A stretch of 64,000 nucleotides of DNA from Bacillota bacterium (GTDB taxonomy: Bacteria; Bacillota; Clostridia; Christensenellales; SZUA-584). The notes under the pieces were generated by a model. That model was not told the origin of the DNA, ran no database searches, and worked only from the letters and a program-made list of their open reading frames with translations. Location: positions 10,433 through 74,432 of the forward strand of contig JAEWBO010000013.1 in NCBI GenBank assembly GCA_023391105.1. The letters run 5' to 3'. A program made the position numbers and the translations under genes. Shown here piece by piece: positions 9,683-19,999 of this stretch (the stretch's first letter is position 1; every line of letters starts with the position of its first letter).

Positions 9683-10903
9683 TCAGCCAACTTTCTGCGC
9701 AAGTCCGGCTTGTATTAGTGACTTACTGCCAAGAAGTATAGCGCTGACGGCCACCATCAATATTCCAGTTCCAACAAGCAGCCACTCAATGGCGACAGTA
9801 TCAGACAGTGGCCCAAAGACGAGCATACCAAGCGGCATCACAGCGCTTGTAATCATGCCAAATAAACCGAATACCCGTCCAAGATACGATTCCTCGACCT
9901 TCTCCTGCAGCAGCACAGTCGCGGGTGTGTGAAACAATGGAATGACAACCCCAGTCACGCCCATCACGGCCAGATAAATCCAAAATATCGGTATGACACC
10001 CATGGCAAACGTACAGATACCAAGTGCAAACCCTGAAAAAACCATTGTGTAGATTCTGTTCTTAAAGCCGCCCCATGCGGCCATCACCAAACCGCCCAGA
10101 ACCATGCCTAAGGAAAAAGCAATCTCAATGGCGCTTAAGTGCCAGACTCCCCCGCTGAAGCTTCTTGTCACCTGCAATGGCGTTAAAAACGCGGCGGGGG
10201 CGGCAAGAAAAAAGAAAATCGCACTAAAGCTCAAGAATTTTATCACAAAACCATGTGATTTGATATAGGACAGGCCGCTGCGAAAATCGGAAAAATATCC
10301 TTCTTGTCTTTTTTGCGTCGCCTTTTCATGCGGCGGCACATGCAGAAAAAAGCTTAGTATACCAATCGCAATCGCGGCGGTTACAACATCGATGAAAAAT
10401 ATAATGTCAAGTGTAGCCACAGCCATAAGAGCTCCGCTCGCCATAGGCGACACAAGTGTGATCACGCTTTGAATGGTGCTGTTTATGGCGTTGACTCGTG
10501 TCAGCTTTTCTTCGGGAACAATTTGCGGAATAAACGCACCCACGGCCGGCTGCTGTATGCCCGTACCCAACGAGCGTACAGCCGATATCAGGAAAAGAAG
10601 CCAGAGCTCATCGTATCCAAGCATAAAGACAATGGCAAGCACAAGCGTGACAGTCGCAATGCCAGCATCCGAGAGAATAATGAGCGTTTTTCTATTGTAA
10701 CGATCTGCCCAGACTCCTGCGAATGGTGACAGAAAAAAGTTCGGTAAAAAACCACAGACAATCGAAAGCGTCATCATCAGCCCCGATTGTGTGGATAGTG
10801 TAATGTGCCAGAGAATCGCATATTGCACAAGTGAGGAACCAAGCAGAGACACCGTCTGACTCGATATAAAAATGGCGGCTTTTTTCTTCCAATCCGAACT
10901 CAT
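9683..10903 (-). CDS. MFS transporter (drug/macrolide-efflux-like)
   Basis: 406 aa with ~12 predicted TM helices. The WADRYNRK loop motif after TM2 is typical of MFS. Confidence 0.85.
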   Translation of the reverse strand: MSSDWKKKAAIFISSQTVSLLGSSLVQYAILWHITLSTQSGLMMTLSIVCGFLPNFFLSPFAGVWADRYNRKTLIILSDAGIATVTLVLAIVFMLGYDELWLLFLISAVRSLGTGIQQPAVGAFIPQIVPEEKLTRVNAINSTIQSVITLVSPMASGALMAVATLDIIFFIDVVTAAIAIGILSFFLHVPPHEKATQKRQEGYFSDFRSGLSYIKSHGFVIKFLSFSAIFFFLAAPAAFLTPLQVTRSFSGGVWHLSAIEIAFSLGMVLGGLVMAAWGGFKNRIYTMVFSGFALGICTFAMGVIPIFWIYLAVMGVTGVVIPLFHTPATVLLQEKVEESYLGRVFGLFGMITSAVMPLGMLVFGPLSDTVAIEWLLVGTGILMVAVSAILLGSKSLIQAGLAQKVG

Positions 10904-10957
10904 ATGTTTCCTATCATCGGTAATATTCGCAGCTAGCTGTAAGACTGTAGCTTATCC

Positions 10958-11332
10958 TTAAACGCATGACGCTTTTAGATCGAATATCTCATTCTGCACC
11001 TTTTTGGTCAACGAGTGCAAAACAAGCTCATACGACTTATCAAGCATGTTTTTCATAACGTCATCAGGAACCGTGCCGCTTAAATCGACAGAGTTCCAAT
11101 GCTGTTTGTTCATATAATAGCCAGGCCTTATATCCTCATACTGGCTGCGCAAAAACTCGCCGAAAGGAGGCTCAAGCTTTACTGTCATGATCGACCGGCC
11201 ATCACTGTCCTGCCCCTGCATGACAAACATCTTGCCGCCAACCTTATACAACAGCGCACCCCATTCCGCCTTGTATTCCTTTTCTGCTCCTTTCTTTGCT
11301 AAGCAGTAATCTTCTATCCAGGCATATTTCAT
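10958..11332 (-). CDS. MmcQ/YjbR family DNA-binding protein
   Basis: 124 aa. The pattern (LEPPFGEFLRSQYEDIRPGYYMNKQHWNSV) matches the YjbR family. Confidence 0.75.
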   Translation of the reverse strand: MKYAWIEDYCLAKKGAEKEYKAEWGALLYKVGGKMFVMQGQDSDGRSIMTVKLEPPFGEFLRSQYEDIRPGYYMNKQHWNSVDLSGTVPDDVMKNMLDKSYELVLHSLTKKVQNEIFDLKASCV

Positions 11333-11347
11333 TCATTTTCCTCCTGC

Positions 11348-11731
11348 TTATTTATTTCTAAGCAGATCTCTGATCTCTGTCAGCAAAACCTCTTCTCCGG
11401 AAGGCTCGCGCGGAGCCAGTGGAGCGGCAGGCTTCTCTTCTTTTTTCTTCTTTAGCTTGTTAAAGATTTTAATAATGATAAAAATACTAACGGCAATAAT
11501 GAAAAAATCTATGATGCTCTGAATAAAGCTGCCATACGCGATCGTCGCATTCCCTACAGCATAGCTCATGTCCTTTAAATCAAGACCGCCGCTTATGATA
11601 CCAATACAAGGCATAATCACATCGTTCACAAGCGACGAAACGATTTTACCGAAAGCGCCGCCGATAATCACACCAACAGCCAAGTCTAAGACATTACCCT
11701 TTGAAATAAACTCCTTGAATTCTTTAATCAT
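11348..11731 (-). CDS. mscL: large-conductance mechanosensitive channel
   Basis: [41 protein letters not shown] is the canonical MscL N-terminus. Confidence 0.92.
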   Translation of the reverse strand: MIKEFKEFISKGNVLDLAVGVIIGGAFGKIVSSLVNDVIMPCIGIISGGLDLKDMSYAVGNATIAYGSFIQSIIDFFIIAVSIFIIIKIFNKLKKKKEEKPAAPLAPREPSGEEVLLTEIRDLLRNK

Positions 11732-11837
11732 GTCGGCTCTCCTTTAATAAAATGCCACAATACAGACGGATGCATTGCGGCTGAAAATATTAAGTGCTAG
11801 TTATATTATCAGATATTCAGATTGATTTCAATTGATT

Positions 11838-13091
11838 TCAGACTGCGATGCTGAAAAAATTCTCATATATGGCAGCTTCTTTTTGCTGGCTTTCATGACA
11901 TAGCTCGATAAACTCATCAAGCCTGCCAATCATCGTATCTACAACTTTTTGGCATATGGCTTTTTCGTCTGCCATGTTTTTCAGAACCCTCACAATCTGC
12001 ATTTGAGACATACCGCTGCGGTAAGGTCTGTCTTCGGTGATGGATGTGAAAATATCCGCAACAGCCATAATGCGTGAGCCAAGAGGGATGCTTTCTTCAC
12101 TCAGCTGAAATGGATATCCTTTACCGTTAAGCTTTTCGTGGTGAAACGATGCCCACTTGTTGATCTCTTCAAAACCGCTAATTGTACTCAACAGCCGGTA
12201 TGTATGGAATGTATGACCTCGTATGATATTGAACTCCTGACGACTGAGTGCAGACGGTTTTTCAAGGACTGAATTCGGAACGGTCAGCTTTCCAAAGTCA
12301 TGAAGATATCCCGCTATGAGCAGCATTTTGCATTCGATTATAGAAAAGCCACTTAACTCGCCAAGCTTTTCGGCAACGGCGGCCACGCCTGCAGAATGTG
12401 TCGCTGTGAAATGGCTCCGAAAATCGATAATGAACGAAATCATCCGTGTCACATCGAGAAGCTCATCGATGTTAAGAGGCATCATCGCAAAAATACGCTG
12501 AGCCGGCAAATAGTCTAGCGGTGAGGATTCCAGCAAACTCAGCCATATATGGTCGGATTTTTTTAAGTTTTCGAGAGCCTTAACTGCCTCAGGCATAAAT
12601 ATGGTATCGGAATTCTGAGCGATGCTATTAATAACGACCGGTACCTGCTCAATAACGCTCTGCTTCGGGTTGAATTTTACACAGACACGGTCTGCAAGAT
12701 GAAGGATATGGCTGCTTATGGGGACTTCCTTTTGAAGAAAGTGTAAGCCTGATCCAAAAGCCCAAGAGACATGATGATGCCTGACAATGTCAGCAATAGT
12801 TGAAAAAGCAGCCGCCTCTTCCAAAAGTTTAGCACTTCGAAACGCATGGCTATTAACGGTGACAGATTCTTCTTCGATGAGCATCAATCTTTCATCGTTA
12901 GATAAAGCGCCGATATCATGAAGCATACCGGCCATCAGCAAATCACGGCAAGCGGCATCATCGAACCCCATTTGTTGACCAATATGGTATGATAAAAATG
13001 CAACCTGCTGATGATGGTTGGAGTATTCTGCCGAGATCAGGTCAACTGCATTGGATATACATAAAAGCATGTCGTATTGGTTAATTAACAA
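11838..13091 (-). CDS. tandem HD / HD-GYP domain protein (putative c-di-GMP phosphodiesterase)
   Basis: The first HD domain (MLHDIGAL, RHHHVSW) lacks GYP. The second is canonical (YLHDFGK, HHEKLNGKGYPF). The start is a TTG. Confidence 0.8.
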   Translation of the reverse strand: MLINQYDMLLCISNAVDLISAEYSNHHQQVAFLSYHIGQQMGFDDAACRDLLMAGMLHDIGALSNDERLMLIEEESVTVNSHAFRSAKLLEEAAAFSTIADIVRHHHVSWAFGSGLHFLQKEVPISSHILHLADRVCVKFNPKQSVIEQVPVVINSIAQNSDTIFMPEAVKALENLKKSDHIWLSLLESSPLDYLPAQRIFAMMPLNIDELLDVTRMISFIIDFRSHFTATHSAGVAAVAEKLGELSGFSIIECKMLLIAGYLHDFGKLTVPNSVLEKPSALSRQEFNIIRGHTFHTYRLLSTISGFEEINKWASFHHEKLNGKGYPFQLSEESIPLGSRIMAVADIFTSITEDRPYRSGMSQMQIVRVLKNMADEKAICQKVVDTMIGRLDEFIELCHESQQKEAAIYENFFSIAV

Positions 13092-13180
13092 ATCTGTTTT
13101 CTCCTCCTAGAAGCAATTCAAACCCTTTTTTATTTACCACGATATCATGAGTTTAATCAGAATATATGATAAATGAGCAA

Positions 13181-13224
13181 AATAAAAAAAGGCTCCCTGT
13201 CAATATCAAAAGACAAAGAGCCTT
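13181..13224 (-). terminator. putative terminator after the TM1266-like gene
   Basis: AAGGCTC...GAGCCTT imperfect hairpin, followed on the minus strand by a T8 run. Confidence 0.5.
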
Positions 13225-13233
13225 AAAATAGTA

Positions 13234-13482
13234 TCAGTCCAAAATCACCATTTGGGCTTTTACACTTGGCAATTCATTCAGCGCTTTTTCAAGCCCCAGC
13301 ATGTCATCCTTTTCACCTGTCAGTTGTAAAATGAGAATGCCTTCCTCGGAACAAACGTTATCTGTTTCATGCAGCCCAAGCCGAACCTTAATGGAACAGC
13401 CAAAATCCGACAGCACCTCCTGAACCTTTGGCGAGTGCTCTCTGCGCCCACCAATCTTAACGACCATAATATGACATGTCAT
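13234..13482 (-). CDS. small ACT-like protein, putative iron-only hydrogenase system regulator (TM1266 family)
   Basis: 82 aa. Its size and the pattern (IMVVK...VQEVLSDFGCSIKVRLGLH...ILILQLTGEKDDMLGLEKALNELPSVK) resemble the TM1266-type ferredoxin-like fold as I recall it. Confidence 0.6.
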   Translation of the reverse strand: MTCHIMVVKIGGRREHSPKVQEVLSDFGCSIKVRLGLHETDNVCSEEGILILQLTGEKDDMLGLEKALNELPSVKAQMVILD

Positions 13483-13554
13483 AGCTTCTTACTCCTTTCT
13501 GTACATAGCTTATTAATACCATGTTTCGTATTATATAATCAAAAAATAATATGC

Positions 13555-14211
13555 TCACGGCTTTTTTTCCAGGGATCTTTTCAAATGTTTAGACAACAGA
13601 GACAAAGATACTGCCATGTTTTCATTTTGGACAAGTATGTGTTCTGGCACCTTAAGATGAACGGGTGCAAAGTTCCAGATCGCTAAGATTTCGCTATTAA
13701 CAAGCCTATCGCATACCTCCTGCGCTGCTGAGTCCGGCACAGTGATAATGCCGATATGGATATGCATACGGTTGCAGAGGTCTTCAAGCTTGTCCATTGT
13801 TAAGACAGGTACTGAACCGATGGTTGAGGAAACAGGCAGTTTGTCAAACGCTGCCACGATTTTTATACCGTAGTCTTCAAACCCTTTGTATGATAACAGC
13901 GCTCTGCCAAGCTGCCCTGTGCCAACGAGCACAGCTTCTTTTGTGTTGTCGTAGCCGAGAAAAGACGAGATGCTTTTGATGAGCTCATTAATGAGAAAAC
14001 CCTTCTTTGGCTTTCCCCCGTTGGTGCTGACAGCCGCAAGGTCTTTGCGCACCTGTACTTCATTTAGCCGCATGGCTTTTGCAATAGTCGGCGACGAAAT
14101 ATAGATCATGTCGTCTTCCTGAAGTGTTTTTAGAAAGTTCAAATAATCAGGAAGTCTCTTAAGCGTCTGTTTTGAAATAACGGAGATTTGACTGGCTGAA
14201 CCGGCCATCAT
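13555..14211 (-). CDS. rex: redox-sensing transcriptional repressor Rex
   Basis: N-terminal winged helix (TLKRLPDYLNFLK..., EVQVRKDL) and Rossmann motif LVGTGQLGRALL. Confidence 0.9.
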   Translation of the reverse strand: MMAGSASQISVISKQTLKRLPDYLNFLKTLQEDDMIYISSPTIAKAMRLNEVQVRKDLAAVSTNGGKPKKGFLINELIKSISSFLGYDNTKEAVLVGTGQLGRALLSYKGFEDYGIKIVAAFDKLPVSSTIGSVPVLTMDKLEDLCNRMHIHIGIITVPDSAAQEVCDRLVNSEILAIWNFAPVHLKVPEHILVQNENMAVSLSLLSKHLKRSLEKKP

Positions 14212-14281
14212 TGCACCTCCACTTCGGTATGCTGATACCGATAATTCTATATTGATATCTAAGAAGTGTCAAGTTAAAGAA

Positions 14282-14317
14282 AAACACAGCAGCCCATAAA
14301 AAACAGCTGCTGTGTTT
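14282..14317 (-). terminator. rho-independent terminator of the chemoreceptor gene
   Basis: Perfect 12-bp stem AAACACAGCAGC/GCTGCTGTGTTT, followed by T-rich tract on the minus strand. Confidence 0.7.
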
Positions 14318-14344
14318 AAAAAATCAGTTTTCGTCCAGCTACGG

Positions 14345-16693
14345 TCAATCGAGATCATCGTGCTTCTGCACATCTGGCAGAGCAAGGATCTCATATCCGC
14401 AGGTAAGACCAGGCACAAGGTCATCACCATTGTTATCTGTTTTCAGTTTAAACTGATTCACTAAGTCTTTGAGTGTTTCTGCTTGGCTGTAAAGCTGTTC
14501 GGCTGCCGCCGCACTTTGTTGAGATGCAGCGGAATTGGTCTGGACAACACCAGACATCTTCTCAACGCCCTGATTAATCTGAGAAATGCCTGTGGCCTGT
14601 TCGATGGATGAAACGGCGATTTCCCCCACCAATGCCGCAGCCTTTTCAACACCTGCAACAATATCCGAAAGCGATGATGCTGTTTCCTCGGCAATTTTTG
14701 TTCCGGCGGCTGTCTCTCTGATTGAACCTTCGATGAGAACCGCGGTTTCCTTTGCCGCCTGCGCGCTTCTGGCGGCAAGATTTCTTACTTCCTCTGCAAC
14801 CACAGCAAAGCCTTTGCCATTTACACCTGCACGTGCAGCTTCCACAGCTGCGTTTAAAGCGAGTATATTGGTTTGAAACGCAATATCGTCAATCACCTTG
14901 ATAATCTTAGATATATTTGAAGCTGTATTGTTGATTTCCTGCATGGCCTTTCGCATATTGTGCATTTGTCCATCGCCGTTTGCTGCACTCCGTTTCGCTT
15001 CCATGACGAGCTCATTGGCTTTGTCGGCATTCTGAGCGTTCTGCTTTGCGGCTTCCGCGATCTGCAAAATCGAGGCTGTCAATTCCTGAATGGATGCGGC
15101 CTGCTCTGCAGCGCCCTGAGATATATTCTGGCTGCCATCTGAAACCTGCCGAGTACCCGAGGCCACCTGTTCCGCGGCGATATTGATTTCAGACAGCACA
15201 TCGCTTAAAGAAAAGGTGATATTATTAATGGAATCCTTAAGCGTTACGAAATTGCCCTTGTAATCCGTAGAGATACCGACATTCAGATTACCTTGCGCAA
15301 CACATTGAAGAAGCTCTGAGATTTCATCGATGTAACTTCTGATAGCGCTGATTGTTTGATTGAGCGCGTTCTTTATAATAGCATGGTCACCCTTATAATC
15401 GTTGATAAGCGTGACGTCAAGGTTGCCCTTTGCCATCTCTTTAAGCACTCCCGCTGCATCGCCAATGGGTATAGTCACCGCGTCGAGTGTATTGTTTATG
15501 CCGTCAATGATCTTTCTGAAGCCGCCCTGATGACGATATGCATCTGCTCTGGCGGACAGGTTTCCATTTAAGGCGGCTTGTGTGAGCATACCGGTATCTT
15601 CGGAAAGGGATTTGATTGATTGCATCATGCTGTCGAAAGATGTTGCCAAAACGCCAATCTCATCTTTTCGCCGATAATTGAAAGTGATATCCGTTTCGCC
15701 GGCAGCTATCTTTGTGGCTTTATCCGCGATAGTCAGCAACGGCTTTCTGATGTTTCGTCTGACAAAGAGAAAAATGGATAATACAGAAATCAGCACAATG
15801 GCGGCAGAAATAGAGACAGTCATGGTCAATGTCTGATAGCGGCTGCTTTCTATATTGGTAAGCGGCATTGCAGCTGCCAGAACTCCGATTGTATTGCCAT
15901 CGTTGTCATTAAGCGAGGCGTATTTAGATAGGTGTGGTATGTTAAATATACTGGTCGTATTCGAGAATTCCTGACCATTGTTGAGAACAACTTCTGCAAT
16001 GTCGGTATCTAGTTTTGTACCGATTGCACGCTGTCCATCTTTTTCAATCGTTGTGACATAACGCGAATCGCCCTGATACAGCGTAAATTCAAGGCCGTGA
16101 TTGCTCTTGAGTTCATCGAGCAGGTTTGTTTTATTGAGTTGAGTGATCGTTACAACGCCGCCTACGATTTCATCGTCTACATTATATGCGGGTACGGCTG
16201 AAGTGCAATATATGCCTAGATTTTCGTCTTGATAAATACCTGATGTTTGTGTCCCCTCCAACGCTTTTTGCAGCGCATTCATTGAATTATAGATGTTTGA
16301 GCCGAGAGCAATTTCTTCGGCGGATGAATAGATGACACTGCCTTTTATGTTGGTTATCACGATAGAATCAAATCCGGTATCCCGATAATCGCCAATAATT
16401 TCTGACACGACCGCAAAACTGCTTAGTTCAATCGCCTTGATTAAATCATAGTTGTCAGAATAAAAATCTGCGCCTTTTTCACAGCTTTGCGTGATACTGT
16501 CAAGATAAGAGCTCAAATTCAAAAAAGCTCTGTCTACTTGATCAGACAGCAAATCATCGGAAAACGCGCTGTTTTGGTACTGTGTGACAAAGACGCAAAT
16601 CGCTACAACCAAAACAAACATTGAGATTACGACAACGAGTATTTTGGCAGAAAGGCTTTTCAGTCCCCCAGCCTTCTTATCTTCTCTTTTCAT
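14345..16693 (-). CDS. methyl-accepting chemotaxis protein with periplasmic Cache-like sensor and repeated HAMP-like segments
   Basis: 782 aa. Two TM helices flank a ~270-aa sensor. The C-terminal part has the highly conserved MCP hairpin [20 protein letters not shown]. Confidence 0.9.
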   Translation of the reverse strand: MKREDKKAGGLKSLSAKILVVVISMFVLVVAICVFVTQYQNSAFSDDLLSDQVDRAFLNLSSYLDSITQSCEKGADFYSDNYDLIKAIELSSFAVVSEIIGDYRDTGFDSIVITNIKGSVIYSSAEEIALGSNIYNSMNALQKALEGTQTSGIYQDENLGIYCTSAVPAYNVDDEIVGGVVTITQLNKTNLLDELKSNHGLEFTLYQGDSRYVTTIEKDGQRAIGTKLDTDIAEVVLNNGQEFSNTTSIFNIPHLSKYASLNDNDGNTIGVLAAAMPLTNIESSRYQTLTMTVSISAAIVLISVLSIFLFVRRNIRKPLLTIADKATKIAAGETDITFNYRRKDEIGVLATSFDSMMQSIKSLSEDTGMLTQAALNGNLSARADAYRHQGGFRKIIDGINNTLDAVTIPIGDAAGVLKEMAKGNLDVTLINDYKGDHAIIKNALNQTISAIRSYIDEISELLQCVAQGNLNVGISTDYKGNFVTLKDSINNITFSLSDVLSEINIAAEQVASGTRQVSDGSQNISQGAAEQAASIQELTASILQIAEAAKQNAQNADKANELVMEAKRSAANGDGQMHNMRKAMQEINNTASNISKIIKVIDDIAFQTNILALNAAVEAARAGVNGKGFAVVAEEVRNLAARSAQAAKETAVLIEGSIRETAAGTKIAEETASSLSDIVAGVEKAAALVGEIAVSSIEQATGISQINQGVEKMSGVVQTNSAASQQSAAAAEQLYSQAETLKDLVNQFKLKTDNNGDDLVPGLTCGYEILALPDVQKHDDLD

Positions 16694-17041
16694 ATTGACA
16701 CCCCTTCTTTTTTATAAAAAATCAAGAATGAAAAAAGGTAATAAATAATCTGCGATCTATTCAAAAAAGTTTTAACAAATTAATCTCCGTACGACTCTTT
16801 ATACATAAAGAGTGATTGTGCCGCTGTATAAAGTCTCTATATCATCTGTTGTGGTTCTGCGAATTATCATTAAATCTGTTCCTCTATCTTTGTTTAGAAA
16901 AGAAACAATAGCTGAGTATACTGTAGGTGTTAAATTGCCTAATTGAACATTAAATGGCTTTTGTCATAATGACAGTCTAGTTAAGTTGCTCTCTTTAGAT
17001 TGCTTTTAGTGCTCGCGTATGATGACGTCTTATTTCATGTC

Positions 17042-17956
17042 TTAAATCGTCCCATTCAATTTGGAAAACACATACCGACCGCTTTTAGAAAGCTGCTCCT
17101 GCGTCCAGTTTCCAAGCGGCGCTCCCGGAGACAGCGCCGCGCTTGTTTCATCCCGGTCGCCAAGGTTCCAGTTGCACCAGCTGATATCATACTGCGCGAG
17201 AAACCGAAGCCAAACATCGCTTTCGTTTAAGAACACCCCGCCGTTTCCATCGGCAGCGCTGGTGCCCCATTCACTTACAAAGATAGGCGCTCCCATCTCG
17301 AGTGCCTTTAGGCATTTGTTGCGGAGTTCAGCACCATGTGTCCCCGCATAAAAGTGCAGCGTATACATAATATTATCAAATTCAAGCGGGTCGGCCGCGC
17401 ATATATCTACGTCCTGACTCCATGTGGGGCATCCTGCGAGAATAACAGAATTTGGTGCATTTTTGCGAATGACTGGTATAACTTTTTGTGCGTAGGGTTT
17501 AACATTTTTTGCCCAAGTGACTTCGGCACCGTTGGGCTCGTTACAAATTTCGTAAAGGACGCCGGGTGCATCTTTGTAATATCTGCTTATGTAATCAAAG
17601 AAAGACTGCGCTTCTTCCACATGAACAAGCGGATCATTATCAAACATAATGTGCCAGTCAATAATAGCATACATGTCCAGCGCCAGCGTATCATCCACTG
17701 CACGGATGACATCCTTAGCAACGGCTCGGTTTGTCAAATATCCGCCTTCATCCGTATACATCGCAACGCGAAAAACATTGGCCCCCGCTTGCTTTGTGGT
17801 ACGGATGGATTCGGTGCGAGCAAACTGTGGATACCACTGCATACCGTGGCTGCTCATGCCGCGGAGCACGACTTTGCGTCCACCCCTGTCTAAAAGGTTA
17901 ATGCCGGAAACATTGAGCTTTCCATGATAAGACACACCATGCCATTCAACACTCAT
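17042..17956 (-). CDS. glycoside hydrolase family 5 endoglucanase-like enzyme, no signal peptide
   Basis: GMSSHGMQWYP, YEICNEPNG (catalytic acid/base NEP) and FVSEWG (nucleophile) blocks. I prefer the ATG at 17956 (MSVEWHG...). The track starts at TTG 18025. Confidence 0.85.
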   Translation of the reverse strand: MSVEWHGVSYHGKLNVSGINLLDRGGRKVVLRGMSSHGMQWYPQFARTESIRTTKQAGANVFRVAMYTDEGGYLTNRAVAKDVIRAVDDTLALDMYAIIDWHIMFDNDPLVHVEEAQSFFDYISRYYKDAPGVLYEICNEPNGAEVTWAKNVKPYAQKVIPVIRKNAPNSVILAGCPTWSQDVDICAADPLEFDNIMYTLHFYAGTHGAELRNKCLKALEMGAPIFVSEWGTSAADGNGGVFLNESDVWLRFLAQYDISWCNWNLGDRDETSAALSPGAPLGNWTQEQLSKSGRYVFSKLNGTI

Positions 17957-18198
17957 AGCAACACCGCCACTTAATCGTTTTCGTAATATATCTATATTAC
18001 CCCATATTGTTGTATAATGCAACAATTTATCATTTATTTATATAATAAATCAATACTATGCGTATATAAACTTACAACTTTTTGGCATATTGAATAATCC
18101 AGCATATTTTTTGCTAAAACGATTTCGCTTTCATTTTCATATATTTTCTCACAAAAAAAGCAGCCTTCATGGCCGCTTATGGAATTATTCATACGTTA

Positions 18199-18750
18199 TT
18201 ATTCTTGCACGGAAACAGATGGCTCGTTAAACTCTGTCTGAGCCAATTGTTCGTATTTTATATTTTCTTTCTGCCCCAGATCATTTGTGTTGATGGAGTT
18301 GCGGTAAACCACAAAACGCGTAAATAAAAATTCTGTCACAAAATTGATTATCATCGTTCCCGCAAGCACAATGTATTCATTCCAGCCAATATTGGTCAGC
18401 TCGTAGCCCCACCATGTGGACAACGGCGTAAACACGATGTAATAGCCAAAAACCTTCATCATAGCAAGAGGAATGTTGGCTGCCGATTTAAAGGTGAACC
18501 TTCTGTTCACGGTAAAATTATAGACAACAGAAAGAGTAAGCGCAAAAAGATAACAAGGCCAATAAGGCAAACCTGCCAATTCATTCAAAAGAGTAAAACT
18601 GCCAAACTGAATGATGCCCGCGGACGCTGAAAAAAGCGTAAATTTGATAAACTGAAGAAAGTTCTGCTTTCTGGATAATTCCATAAAGGATATCCCCCGC
18701 TTCATAGAATCAACACTGATCAATTCATTATATTCCATGCCTGTCCGCAT
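18199..18750 (-). CDS. GtrA-family membrane protein
   Basis: FIKFTLFSASAGIIQFGSF...NRRFTF motifs and 4 TM helices. The true start is possibly the ATG at 18684 (MELSRKQ...). Confidence 0.7.
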   Translation of the reverse strand: MRTGMEYNELISVDSMKRGISFMELSRKQNFLQFIKFTLFSASAGIIQFGSFTLLNELAGLPYWPCYLFALTLSVVYNFTVNRRFTFKSAANIPLAMMKVFGYYIVFTPLSTWWGYELTNIGWNEYIVLAGTMIINFVTEFLFTRFVVYRNSINTNDLGQKENIKYEQLAQTEFNEPSVSVQE

Positions 18751-18815
18751 GTAAACAGAAAGAACGCAGGACGATAGTATATCGAACCTGCGTTCTCGCT
18801 AAACGAATGATCCGG

Positions 18816-19874
18816 CTAGAATACGAGGTTTTCATTAAAAAACGGTATGATGTGTTCTTGCGCACTTTTCGGCGGCACTTCATGCCTGCCCTCAAAGACA
18901 AAGAGCGTGTGATCAATTTCGTTTTTCGAAAGAAGATCAGAAAAATACTGTGTACCTTTGGGTATCCATGTATATGCGTCGTTTGTTCCGTAGCTGAGTC
19001 CGATAGCTCGAAGCGGTATACCCAGCTCCAGATAGGCATCAAGTTTTTCCTTTACATTGCCGAAACCGTCCTCCCATTGTTCAACGATGATATCGTCTTC
19101 CTCGCTTCCATCAAGCTTGGGTATATGTCCAAGGAGCTCAGTATCTGGATCGGGCGAGAAAGCGCGTGCATAATCAGTTAGAAATGAACCGTCACGCCGC
19201 CAAGATTCCATAGCCTCTGTCATGCCGTCCTCCGTTAATAAACCAGGAGACATGGAATATACTGCCCCGAACACATCCGGGTGGCGCAGCGCGAGGTTTA
19301 GCGAACCAAAACCGCCCATTGAGAAACCACAGATTCCGCGGGATTCTGAGCTTTTCTTGGTCCTATAATTGTCATCAATCAGCGGAATAACCTCATCCAT
19401 GATATAATCCTCCCAGTTGCCGGTAACGGGCGAATTGACATAATAGTACAAGTCTCCTTGAACTTCCACAAATATAAATTCATTAGCGCCTGATTCGAAG
19501 GCTTCATCAAATCGGGTGTGATTGCTGCCCATGTAGCCCCCAACGCCTTCTCCATGCCCATGAAGATAATAGACGACAGGATATGCTTTATCACTCGCAT
19601 AATACGATGGCGGTAAATAGATACAAATGGTCTTCTTAGACGGGTTACCAATGATATTATTCTGCAGGCTGACAGAATCCAGCGTTAGTCGGATTTGCCT
19701 CAGTTCGAGGACTGTTGGCGTTGGTTCGGCGGTCGCGGATGGCGTGACGGTGGCCTCTTGAGACGCAGAGGGTGACGGAGATTCTTCCTTGATTACATCC
19801 GGCATAACCGGAGAACATGCAACCATTGCAAGTGTGAGTAAGATAAATACAATGCACAGGATACTTTTTCTCAT
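18816..19874 (-). CDS. lipoprotein alpha/beta-hydrolase (putative esterase family)
   Basis: Lipobox LAMVAC at the N-terminus. The nucleophile elbow GFSMGG and the YYLHGHGEG block also fit. Confidence 0.8.
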   Translation of the reverse strand: MRKSILCIVFILLTLAMVACSPVMPDVIKEESPSPSASQEATVTPSATAEPTPTVLELRQIRLTLDSVSLQNNIIGNPSKKTICIYLPPSYYASDKAYPVVYYLHGHGEGVGGYMGSNHTRFDEAFESGANEFIFVEVQGDLYYYVNSPVTGNWEDYIMDEVIPLIDDNYRTKKSSESRGICGFSMGGFGSLNLALRHPDVFGAVYSMSPGLLTEDGMTEAMESWRRDGSFLTDYARAFSPDPDTELLGHIPKLDGSEEDDIIVEQWEDGFGNVKEKLDAYLELGIPLRAIGLSYGTNDAYTWIPKGTQYFSDLLSKNEIDHTLFVFEGRHEVPPKSAQEHIIPFFNENLVF

Positions 19875-19999
19875 AGATTATCTTTTCCTTTCAGAATTTA
19901 CTAAGTGATTAAAATAGTATATAATACTAATAACAAACATAACGAACATTTATTGCTCATTTTACTAAAGATCAATTTGTAGAGTGGGGAGTTTGAACA

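Noticed and set aside
17336-17893. 185-aa plus-strand ORF opposite the GH5 gene, plus 17061..17351 and 17649..17927.
   Set aside because: Shadow ORFs of the GH5 coding region.
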